This document shows, piece by piece, positions 1 to 11,822 of a stretch of 64,000 bases of DNA. The position numbers and the translations under genes are program-made. The notes below the pieces were generated by a model, which was given only the letters and a program-made list of their open reading frames with translations, ran no database searches and was not told the origin of the DNA. The first letter of the stretch is position 1. Every line of letters begins with the position of its first letter. The stretch spans positions 1,364,001 to 1,428,000 of the forward strand of contig NW_027270917.1 in the NCBI RefSeq assembly GCF_040938485.1, given 5' to 3'. The DNA comes from Diadema antillarum (taxonomy: Eukaryota).

Positions 1-33
1 ACCGGCGCTATACAAGACTTCATCATCATCATC

Positions 34-36
<3 letters not shown>

Positions 37-69
<33 letters not shown>
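37..69. repeat. (TA)n microsatellite preceded by (CAT)n
   Basis: Direct reading of the sequence. Confidence 0.95.
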
Positions 70-72
<3 letters not shown>

Positions 73-155
73 TCGTTTTAAATCTAGCAAATTTACATTC
101 TAGCTTTAGCTGAGGAAAAGGCGAGTCTCATAGCACTCGGAATTCCGTCGCATAA

Positions 156-287
156 CTATTACTATTTTTTGTCCGACAACTTGTCGGACAAAATTTGCTT
201 TCAGCCAATCAGAGGCAAGGATTTCAGTAGCTTTTAACAGTTTGTCAGACGAAATATCTGACAAATTGCTTCATGAAATGCCCCCCA
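156..287. mobile_element. Partial PIF/Harbinger-like MITE (right end ...TTCATGAAATGCCCCC)
   Basis: Internal palindrome ttgtccgacaacttgtcggacaa. The right terminus resembles the TIR of the 58136-58274 element. No left TIR was found. Confidence 0.4.
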
Positions 288-294
288 TGGACGC

Positions 295-1440
295 GCGAGT
301 GAGCCGGAATTTGTATTTTTATTTCCGCGTCATCATCACGTTTTGTTCTTGATAAATTTTGGCGAGCGAGCGCAGCGAGCGAGCCGAAAATTTTTGTATT
401 TCAGCTTACAAAACATGGAACTCTTGTCATTTTTTGCTTATCAAATCTTACAATTCTAATCAAGATATAGTGACGGCCTTATAGATGACGATTTTTACCA
501 ACAAACTGAAGACTTGAAAAAATACTCTAAATTAGTACGAGTGAGTGAGCCGAAATTTGTACATTTCCTCGTCATCATCACGTTTTGTTCTTATCTCCTT
601 TTTGTTTTGATAAATTTTGGCGAGCGAGCCGAAAATTGTTGTATTTCAGCTTACAAAACATGGAACTCTTGTATTTTTTTGCTTATCAAATCTTACAATT
701 CTAATCAAGATATAATGACGGCCTTATAGATAACGATTTTTACCAACAAACTGAAGACTTGAAAAAATACTCTAAATTAGTACGAGCGAGTGAGCCGAAA
801 TTTGTACATGTCCGCGTCATCATCACGTTTTGTTCTTATCTCCTTTTTGTTTTGATAAATTTTGGCGAGCGAGCGCAGCGTGCGAGCCGAAAATTTTTGT
901 ATTTCAGCTTACAAAACATGGAACTCTTGTCATTTTTTGCTCATCAAATCTTACAATTCTAATCAAGATATAGTGACGGCCTTATAGATAACGATTTTTA
1001 CCAACAAACTGAGGACTTGAAGAAATACTCTAAATTAGTACGAGCGAGTGAGCCGAAATTTGTATATTTCCACGTCATCAGTACGTTTTGTTCTTATCTT
1101 GTTTGATTTTTTGTTGGCGCCCCCCCCCCCCCCGTATGTTCGAAACCGTTGGCGCCTTCTTTTGATCCAATTGATGGCGATCGCTTCAGAACGAAAGAAA
1201 TTGCAGCCGCTGCTCCGTGAAACATTTTGCCTGCTAAATATAAAATGACATGTGTGAACACAATAGACATTGTCATTTTGTCCGCGTCATCATCACATTT
1301 TGTTCTTACCTTCTTCTTCTATATGAAATTTAGAGAGCGAGCGCAGCGAGCGAGCCGAAAATTGTTGTATTTCAGCTTACATAACATGGAATTCTTGTGT
1401 GAACACAATAAACATTGTCATTTTGTCCGAGTCATCGTTA
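295..1440. repeat. Tandem array of ~245-258 bp units (3 full copies plus decayed partial copies)
   Basis: The anchor gagcc(g)gaa(a)tttgta recurs at about 301, 547, 792 and 1050, each followed by the same block (gagcgagcgcagcgagcgagccgaaaattttt...caaacatggaactctt...ctctaaattagtacgag). The ORFs at 514 and 759 are by-products. Confidence 0.9.
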
Positions 1441-2562
1441 TGTCTTGTTTTTATCTTTTTTTTATTTCGTTTTCTGCCCCCCCCCCCCCCCACCATTCTT
1501 CCTCCCCCCCCTTTCCGGTGAGTTTCTTCTTCTTCTTCTTTTCTTTTTTCTTTTCTTTTTCTTTTTTTCTTTTTTTTTTCTTCTTCGTTTTTTTTTTTTG
1601 CGCCCCCAAGGAGTGGCGCCCGGGGCACGTGCCCCCCTTGCCCCCCCCCCCTAGATACGCCACTGACCGGCTGTCATCATGATAACCGTGCTTCAAAAAA
1701 CAGGAGAAGTTCGAAAGATACAAATCGTTATACAAAATTTGCTCCCCTGCAGCTGAGTTAATTCTCTCATTCTCGGTTGACCGTGTTGGCTCAATGATAC
1801 TTGAAAGTGTATAGTCCTCCGTTTTTTGTGCATGTTTCTCACTCACCCTTGCGTTTCACAAGTTCTGTTTAGTGTCCAGCTCAGAATCGCTGACCGGCAG
1901 AATAAGTTTATTCACTCACGCTTGGGTGATAATTGTCAAACTTGAAGAATTTTGGGGTGGAATTCTTTCAGATTTTTTCAAATTATTTTTTTGGTAATTT
2001 TTTTCCACAGTCTAATATGTTTGTGCGTGTGTGTGTGTGGAAGGGGGGGGGGGGGGGGGAGAGAAGGAGTGCAGTCCCCTTGTTCCACGGCCCCCGCCAG
2101 TATTGTGCCCCTAGACAATCTTAAGGTGCTTTTCCCTCGTTGTTTAGTCATTCAAGGCAGCGTTTCATTAAACTGATTTTAAACAACGGATGTTTATGCA
2201 TGCTTACCAACATTCATTGATTTCTTATAATGTATCAACGAATATAGTATAATGCACGCATATTGATACATACAACGCAAGAAAATAAGAGGCCTGTATT
2301 CAGGCATGTACAGTCCTCACCTATTTGCACGTATGACCATGGTCGATTTCACTGGGAATAAATGTAACATTTTAGATTTCTTTAACTTTCTTATTCTGTG
2401 CCCGATGTCGAAGAGGTTACTTTCATTCTATTGAATGTACCCAGTATATAGATTTCGCTTGAAGATGGGGTTGAATTCTCTTTGATATTGTTTTAGGGGA
2501 TCTATCAAAGCATGGAGCTACAAAAGCAAGCATTATTTCTCACAGAGAAAGCACGGTAGAAT

Positions 2563-2930
2563 TTAAAGGAATGTAAGGTTCGGTTGAGATGGCTCCTCAG
2601 GTTTCCACCGTTTATGATGGAGATTTTTTAAAGATAATTGCGAAACCTCTTGTGAAATACGAAAGAGCATATAATTCTAAGTTTTTTTGTTGGTTCAAAA
2701 ACGGCTGGGATATCCAAAACAAATCGATTCTAATAAAAGATGGGACCCACCATTTATTAGGATCGCTTTGTTTCACTTTGTTTGTGGATGTCTCTGCCAT
2801 TTCAAAACCAATTTTCATCAAGTAAAGTTTGAATTCCTCTTACAATTGCATGCTTTTTAACATTTTACATTTCTAGGTATCTCGCAAAAAGTTAAAAGCT
2901 GCAGAATCCTCACCTATACCATCCCTTTAA
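2563..2930. mobile_element. TTAA-flanked non-autonomous DNA transposon (Kolobok-like termini TTAA-AGG...CCC/CCT-TTAA)
   Basis: Left end ttaaaggaatgtaaggttcggttgagatgg, right end cctataccatccctttaa, with an internal inverted segment. Related ends occur at 8172 (ttaaagggatggtatagttttggttgagatgggg) and 49345-49386 (its reverse complement). The superfamily assignment is inference. Confidence 0.6.
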
Positions 2931-4970
2931 TTTTGATGAAAGACCTTTGTATAATGCCGGTAGAAATCCATCTTTCTTTTTATCTACAATCTATGAGAAG
3001 CCCGGGATCGTTCCCAGCCATGTAATGCTGTACTAACCTTTGAGCTCAGTTACCTCTGATGCGCGAATATGGCATCCTTTATGGTTGTCCGCCAGACCAA
3101 ACAGTGCATAATAGAGTTGCACAGAGGTGTAAAACGAACATTGTGAGTTGCGTGACCATCCACTTGGTTATGACCGTATCTAAGCTATCACACGTATCAT
3201 TTCACAACGTTGAAACAGCTTCAAGCACAAAGTGCCATGAATTGTGTGCGAGTACAACTCTTTAAAGGCGTGTGAAAAAAGAGCAAACCATTCATTCCCC
3301 CACCCTGGGACAAACTCAGACTTCCAATCTATGTAAATCTTACAGACCTTTCCCTAATTTTGAAAAGATAAGGGAAAAAGATTAAAATTCATCCCTTAGT
3401 CACGTTTTGAGAGATGATTTAACAACTCAAATAATCACTCTCCTGTTAACAAGATATCATTGCTAGGTTATCATAAGAAATTTTTCAAAACACTTAACAG
3501 ACGGGATTAATCTTTGTTTTTGAATTCACCTAAAAATGATATTCTTATTTATCATGAGTGGTTGCGTTTAGTGCCTTTGTTCCGTTCAAACATGTGAAAC
3601 GATCATAACTTTGTCAATCGTTGGCAAATTTCCGACGTCCGACAAAATTTCTATCACTCGTCACTCTCCTCAAAAATTTAGATTCGGCAGAACAACTTCT
3701 CTAGAGACGTAAGCACCGGCAGAATTCAGGACTACGACAGTCGACGCCCTCGCTCACTCACTCGCAGTTAATGCTAATATAATATATGTAGTCGTATACA
3801 CATGATGGTGCATCAAATCCGTCTCCAATTTTGCTCATTTCTTCGACAATTTTGTTCGAGGCCAACTTTTTCGTGTTTTTTTAAAAATAGTAGTTTCCCT
3901 TTTTTATCACAGGCTACTCGAGGATATAATCAGAGAGCACTCACTCCGTCCTTTCGTGCGTAAAATCCATCGCAATTCACGTGATGATGGCGTATACAAC
4001 AGTCCACGACCTCTTGCTATGACCGACTGCTCCGAGACCGTGACAAAACAGCGGACCAGCTCTGGAGATGCTTCGCATGCCCCGTAACTGAGGACATAGG
4101 CTGGAAACTTCAGTGATACAGATTCGGACCATTTTTGCTCCCCATGAGGTAGGCCCTACTGCATTTATACATTGTATTCATTACGATATGGACGATGTCA
4201 ACTTTTGTACTCGTTTGTAGGACTGTATACTGGTCGTTATTAATGGCTTACTTTTTTAGAGTGAATATAAATTATTGTAGAGAAAAATCATTATAACATT
4301 AAAAAAAAAGTTTTTAAAAGACTTTTCCTTTCTCCCGTTTTCCAAGTTTTGCATTTTGCTGTACAGATTAATTTCCATCAACTGGTTGAACTCTTCTTGA
4401 TATTTGTTGTTTACATTTATAAGTCCTCGCAAGCTTTACAAAAGCAAATCTAAGAGTTCATTCTATAAATAACTGGGGCAGAATAGCAATGCGATTCATA
4501 TCGCTCTGAAGAGAAAAATTGGGTTTGAATGATTTTTCAAATTTCCGTAAATTGTTACCAAAAGTACATGTGAAATCATATGATGCTCGTCATGATTATT
4601 GTCCTGTTGTCAAAATCAATATGATGCTGTAGTCTATTGTCACCATTATTCTCAATATCAAAGCTAGGCTTGTTTTTTTTTATTCTCTCTCTCTCTCTCC
4701 TGTTCCTCCTTATAACAGAATGCCATAAAACTAAATCTGATGATGGCACTAGCATTTGATACGGAAAGCAGTCGACAGTTTGCATCCTATTGACGCTGAT
4801 CACATAACCACAGCCTGTGTTTGCATTGGCTTTCTTCACGACTCAACGCAAGGTGTCCGAATCTGCATCGCTGTTGACGAAAAGCAATGCCTCTGCCTGC
4901 TCTCTTCTGTGAGACGTCGATAAGAAAATAACATAAACTCCCTGCTGTGAAATCGTTTACTACTTTATAC

Positions 4971-7232
4971 ATGGTTCAGAGGACTCACACCATGTATTGC
5001 AAAGTGTCGCTTCCACAAATCTTAACGTCGGTGCTGCTCATGACCTTTGGTATGAGCACATGGGTGACCTTAAGTGGCATATGGGTGGAACTGCCACTCC
5101 TGACTAATTTCGGTATAGATGAAGGATACAAGATAGGGTCATATGTCATCGTCGTTACCCAAGGGGCTGTTATTGGTCCGCTGATATTTGTAGTCGTCCA
5201 GAGAGTGGTCCCGAAAGATTATCGCTTGGAGGTCCCAGTGATATATATCGTACTCGCTCTTGGGGCGGTCGGAAGTTTCCTCCTGATCTTCTTATGGGAC
5301 GACGATACCTTCTGGCCCCTGGATGGCTCTGACCACAGTACTGCTTTCTTGGTGCTGACGTTTTTCATATCTTTCGTTGACAGCACATCAAATCTTACAT
5401 TCATTGCCTTCGTTGAGGGCCTGAAGCAGAGCTACTTAAATCTATACTTTATAGGCGAGGGACTAAGCGCCATTCTCCCAAGTTTGATGGTGTTGATACA
5501 GGGCTCTGGAGCCGACGAAGAGTGCCTAGCAAATTCCACCTACCTGAATGTAACAGTTGACCCTGAAACCAACATCACTGTGATCCACAACTGCACAGAA
5601 TGGGTTGTGGGCATGGATCATGGCGAACGCTTTTCTCCCCAGATGTACTTTAGTTTCATATTCTCTCTTACAGCTATCAGTGCGGCGTCATTTTGTCTCC
5701 TTCGATGGATGCCAATCCTCCAAGGAGAGTACGAAATCATCAAACACAATGATACGGCAGATGAGAACCCGCGAAAATGCTGGTGTTGCTGTCTCACGTG
5801 CAATCCGTGCAATAAGGGCTGCCATACGAAAGATGAGGAATTTCCGATGGTTAGCCTCCGACACAGGGAACAACGTAAACTGGAGGGTGAAAGTATACTG
5901 AAAGGACGCGACAAAGAAGGAGCAGCAAAGACTCCCCACAATGGAAATAGCGGTTATAACTCCCTGGATCCTACCGGGCATTTTCCACGGAAGGCCTTAA
6001 GAACTTCCAGCTTAGACGATGCGGGAGAAGACAACGCCAGTGACAGCATGGAAGACAGCTCGCAGCAGTGTTCGTCAGATGCTGATGATGATAGACAACA
6101 CCTTACTGATTCGGTGAGCAAGACTCGTTCCTGTTCGGGAAGATACGCTTTTCTTTTCGTCACCCTGACAATTATAAGTGGGGCCACTTACGGATTTCTC
6201 CCGTCCATCGAGAGTTACTCGGCAGGTGCATACGGTGCGGACATATACCTCCTGGTCGCCACCTTCGCTGAGATGAGCGCACCAGTAGGGTTCCTGTTGG
6301 TGACGATCTATCCCACGAACAGCTATGTGGTTGTTGCCCTGACTTCCGCCGGTGGCATGATGGCGGGCTCGTATTGTATGGTGGCCGCCTTGCTTAGTCC
6401 TACGCCACCATTCCACGACCAATCTTTCGGAAAAGTATTTATCGTAAGTTGACATGAACTCTATGAAGTATTGTGATGACTGTCGTTTAGTTTTTCTTTC
6501 TTTTGTTGTTTAATTAGATAGTTGTCCATATTAAAGCGAGACTCCTTGGGTCATGGTTGCGTTTGAAACATATTATCACCTTCGATTACTTGCCCTTATT
6601 GTATGATCCATGAACTCCTCGGGTCTGGTGACATTTTAAGAATAGTTGCCGCTAGAATGCTTATTCTTCCGTTGTCAAAAATAAAGGTGTTTTTTTAATC
6701 AATAATATCATAATGAACTTGTATTGAGTATCGAGGGTAAAACCCTTCTGCAGTACTAAATCATTTATAAAAGAGTTCAGTAAAATTACTAGCCGACTTT
6801 GTTTGATATTGTTTGTGTGTGTGTGTGCAAAAACAGCCTGTAACACCACATCGCTGCACTTTTATTAGCAGATACATTCTATCCTGTATTAGTAATTATA
6901 TTTCAGAGATTATTGATCAAAATAATAATGGAAAATAATAACAGTTCGTCTGCTGTCGTTTGCTCGTTTTCTTCAATCAGCTTTTAGCGTGGATTCTTCA
7001 GGGTCTGTGCTTCTCTTACTGCCGGGCCACGATCGCCGGCATACTCCGAGCTGAAGAGGAGAGCCGCAAGCTGCTATTGTGGTTTGGCGGGTTCACCACG
7101 CTCGGGACTATGCTCGGAGCTTTCATCATGTTCCCGCTCGTGAGCATTCTGGGTGTCTTCACGGAGTACGTCCGAGATCCGTGCGCTGGCTTCCCTGCTT
7201 GCCTAGTGGTCGATCCCGACTTGATGACGTAG
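4971..7232 (+). CDS. SLC52A3: Riboflavin transporter, SLC52 family (RFVT/SLC52A3-like), ~574 aa, coding exons 4971-6443 and 6981-7232
   Basis: The N-terminus FGMSTWVTLSGIWVELPLL..EGYKIGSYVIVVTQGAVIGPL, the motifs SFVDSTSNLTF..F..YL..YFIGEGLSAILPSL..LIQG, ERFSP..YF and LPSIESYS..AYG, and the C-terminal LLWFGGFTTLGTMLGAFIMFPLV match the SLC52 family. Donor ATC|gtaagt at 6443 and acceptor ttcaatcag|CTT at 6981 are both phase 0; stop TAG 7230-7232. An alternative ATG lies at 4992. The paralog name is tentative in an invertebrate. Confidence 0.92.
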
Positions 7233-8171
7233 TAACCTACATCGTGTTTAACCCCGCGGAAATGAGGGAGAGGGGCGGGAATGGGGGTTGTCCTGGTGGT
7301 GTATTCTAGATTCACAAGAAGCAACTGGATTCCTTTTGTAGAAGCTACGAGGGATTAGATCGTTTATCAAGTAGGTGTTTCAGTTAGGTTTAAACTCTGT
7401 CTAACGCTGTTACCAAGAGCAATTACCAGATACATAGATAAATCAGATTCATCTTACATGTGTGAAAAATCAGTGGCAAAATACGATGACTAGAGAATAT
7501 TACGTAATGTTGTATACCATGGCAGTTTACATCGCATTCTCGTCTCTACTGGATCAAAGGTTTGGCGAAATATAAACGGATTCTTCTCTAATCACAATCT
7601 TAATACATGTATAACTTAACGGAGCTTTAGATTGGGCATAGCCAGTGCCTCGGCGGTGTGGAACATTTTATTTCCCAAGGGTTTATTTAGGGGTTATTTT
7701 TCTGCATCAAAATGTGACAACAGTGCTTTGAAGTTCCTCTCCCTTGACATTCCTTGGTGTACAATTATTTGGGGAATATTGATGTAATATATTGGGATAT
7801 TTTCATTGTTCGCGCGTGCTGTCTCGGTTATCAGGTTCGCCTTATTTCATTTAAACGGTGTATAAGATAAAAACGGTTCTAGATATGAATATAATGTGAA
7901 ATGCCAATGTTTACAACGATACCATTATGACGATTTATATGACGGGATTGCAAATACACTATGAGCATTTACTCTTAATAAATAAAAAAAAAACAGACCG
8001 AGCAGTTTAATAACCTATCTTGGGCCCATTTAACATCTACAGGCAGATAGAAAATTAGGAATGTCTATCACAACAAGTGTAATTTATTGAGGAGTGCAAC
8101 AACGTAGTATTATTTCAAATAGCAACCAATAGAGAACTGCCAGCATTTACTTGTTAAAATCACGGAGGGTG

Positions 8172-8470
8172 TTAAAGGGATGGTATAGTTTTGGTTGAGA
8201 TGGGGATTCATGTTTTAACTTTTTGCGAGATATAATCAGAAATCACTTATATGAAATATCAAAGATCATACAATTCTAAGAAGAATTAAAAGTTTATTTG
8301 TTGAAAAATCGGTTTTGAAATGGATGAGATATCCAAAAACAAAGTAAAACCAAGTGGTCCTAATAACAGAGGGGTCCGAACTTATGTATTATGAGGACCA
8401 CTTTGTTTTACTTAAATTTGGATAACTCATCCATTTCAAAACCGATCAAATTTGAATTAAGTTTTTGATA
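8172..8470. mobile_element. TTAA-flanked MITE, same family as 2563-2930 (right end decayed)
   Basis: Starts ttaaagggatggtatagttttggttgagatgggg. Internal inverted arms aaatcggttttgaaatggatgag...ctcatccatttcaaaaccgat. Confidence 0.55.
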
Positions 8471-11400
8471 TGTAAGAAAACAAACACCCTCATGTCTACT
8501 ATCAAAAAAAAAAACCAACGTATTGTACGCAATCCTTTACAAGGCGTGAAGTCGGCGCATCAGAAAGCACGATTATTTCAAAGTGCCAGTTTATAAGTGC
8601 AAAGTCAATGCCGTGATCCATCTAGTGTTTCATCATTAGTATGAGTCCCTATTAACTTAATCTGATAGTACTCTAATAACTTATTGGTGAATGATTGTTA
8701 TTGATTTAAGAAATGTTTTGATATCTATTATACATAAGTATACAGTTTACCTGAAGATGGAACACTGATTTGCTGTTCTCCTGTATGAGAAGCGGGATGT
8801 TACGCTGCAGTTAAGCCGGAATGACAATTGGAATAAAAAATTATAAAGGGTGGGCTTTGCCCATGGGTCTGAGCAACGAGTATACAAAATGGCTACCGAA
8901 TTCATGTGTTCCACTGAATTTCATATTTACATTATCACATTGTATTACATTATCAAATATTTATTCTTCTCAAGCTGCTTATTACTTGCCAGTCGGACAG
9001 AATACTATTTTAGTCTTTGATTTTCTTTTTTTTTCCTAATGTTCATTTCATTTGCATGAAACCATCATTTCCACTGCCATATGGTGTAAGTCTTGAGGTG
9101 TGATCGTGAAATATTATCATAGGTATGAAGTTGTAGTGCGTAGGGGATGCTTTTTTCAATTCATTCTAAACATTATGTACGCACATTTTATCAACGTCAG
9201 AGCACAAAGGAAAGGAAAAAAAAAGGTGATTATGCAATTTGCAGCGATTTTTCCGCTGATTTTCCTAGACCAGTTGAAACTACCAAGGGGGAATATTCTA
9301 AAAGTAAACATGTCGCCTTTGATAAAGTATGTCATGATATTCAACATGATTAAATCCAAAACTGGTATATTCCTTATACCAATCGCCAATAAATTCTCAA
9401 ACGCGTTGCCCTTAATAATGTTCACGTTGTGGAGTATCATGGGTCCATAATGATGATAGATCAGAGATAGATTGTTTATGCCTTAATATCATTGACATTA
9501 CATGTATACCATTAGCATATTTACCTCTGGTATGTTAACTTTTATCCAGCATTAAAACACTGTGTCATCAGGTTAAAGGAAAGATAATTGTGACGGTGTT
9601 CAGTAAAGTTACGAAGAGGTAGCTACTCATTGAGAGAATGGTTTGATAAAACGAACTTAAAAGTATCAGGTTAGTCAAGATTTTCAAAAACAAGTTTGGA
9701 AATACCACTGTCAACATTGACTACAAAGGTGTGGGGAAATGTAATTTGAGTGAAAATGTCAAGTCCGTTAAAAACTTAAATGGCTATAGTTATAGTCATG
9801 TAACAACATCGTTCTGGGCAAAGATATACCACCAAAATCACATTTTGTAGCCAATGAAACGGCTTCTTTTATTTCCTCTACACGATCCAAGTAATATTAG
9901 CGATTTGCGAGTTTTCAATATGTGTGTATGTGCTTATGTGTGTGTGTTTTTTCACTGATCAATTACATTAACTTTACTCTTTCTTCTAACTAATCTTCGC
10001 TGTTCGTATAGTCAACTCCTCCTTCACGACACTGCCAAAGCACAAAATTCATTGATAGATATGAGAACTATTGTAGGCCCCTATTTCACGACTGTAAAAG
10101 CATAATGCACGAAACAGGATACTGCCTTGTTGTCAGTTTGAATTTTATTAATGAATTTTGCTGCAACCCTTGCCGTTGTTCATGATATATCATATTTATG
10201 AAATTGAAGCATTGTTTAGTAATAGGGATGTCTGCGTACATTGGTTAACGTAATACGATTACTCCCGCCTTGGAATCCACGTGGTTACATAATCCTACAT
10301 TTCTTGACTCCACTGCGACAAAGCATGATCGTTTGCATGAGTTCTTCAACGATGAAATTTTGTAAATTGGGTGAAGGTGCAAGAAAATATATATTCAGAA
10401 AATAAAAATCGACATTCACAGGATGTTTTAGCAGATGGAAAGACAGTAAAACAAATGAACTATGAATCACCTTTAGTTTTCACACTGCGTTTTTGTTCTT
10501 TTTCTTTTCAGTTGTATTAACTATGACAAGGAGATTTATATTCCGCTGTGAATTTGATCATGCTTAAAATTAGTAAATTGTCAAACGCTAATTTCATTGT
10601 CCATTTGGGGTTTTAATTGCGGTCTAGTAGACAAGAAAGTCGAGCATAATAAAATGAATTTTAACTGACATCATATCGATTTTCTTGTAAATATGGGAGA
10701 AATCATTTGAACTTCATATAATAGAAAATATATATATACACCATGAACAATAAAATGCCGTGAAATCTCAACAATACGGTGTATGTGTTTTTTTCAATCA
10801 AATACTTTTTGTTTTTAAATCAGTTTTTGCATAAAACCTTAATGTATGATTCGTTTAGTGCATCATTGCTGTCTTCCAGGTTGCCAAATATGAAATTATG
10901 CAACTGATTGACAAAATTAGTTAATTCGTTCATCGATCTGAATTTGCTATGAAACCCCTCAAATGACTTTAAGAATGCGTGAAGATGGATCCTTTCGCAT
11001 GATACGTTTCAACGTGGACTTTTATGTCGTGTGTATAACCTAGTCTTGGCTTGGAAAAAATGTTGAACCATGAGTAGAACCTAGCCATGTTGCGTGTATA
11101 CCATTGAAGTGTTAAAGTACGCTGAATCAAACTAAAACAGCACAACGGAATTGTTGATGGTGTGGATGCAATACGACGCTGCATCCTGTCTGGAATCATA
11201 CCTGCCAAACTATGGAAAAGATCCTTGCCATATTAAAGCAAAGAAGTAAATTCGCAATGCGTGATTAATATCAATCTTAACACAAGGCTTCATTTTGTGA
11301 TCGGAAGAGTTCTGCTCTACAGCAACGTTTTGATAATGAGTACGAGGGCACATACTTCACACTTTATAGTTGGTAATACACAACAAATTCTGAGCACTTT

Positions 11401-11487
11401 AAGAAGAAATTTTGTTGAGAGATAAAAGATACAGCGCCGCCATCGTTCGGTCGTGATTGCCTAGACTAGACTAGACAGACAGACCCT

Positions 11488-11783
11488 CTAGTTATCCTGC
11501 CTCAGTTGAGACAGTACACCTTCGTCAGGCTGCTGGGTGCGGGGGCGGGCTTGGGCGGCGAAGTCGGATGGTGTGTGGATACCCAGATGGCGACGGGGGC
11601 CTGGGGCCTGCTCCATACGCGTGAAGTCGTCCTGACCGATTCTGTGATGGACGCAGGAAGAATACAAGAAGAAGACTAGCTCAGAGTATGAACTTGCACA
11701 AACAAAAAAGTTTCTTAGAACAGCGTGTCTGCCTGATGTTAATGTCCTTTCTCTGTCTCCCTCTATATCAGTGTGTGTGTGTT

Positions 11784-11822
<39 letters not shown>

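Noticed and set aside
514-1846. Short ORFs in the tandem array and the poly-C/poly-T tract
   Set aside because: They are translations of repeat units and homopolymers, with no protein-like composition.
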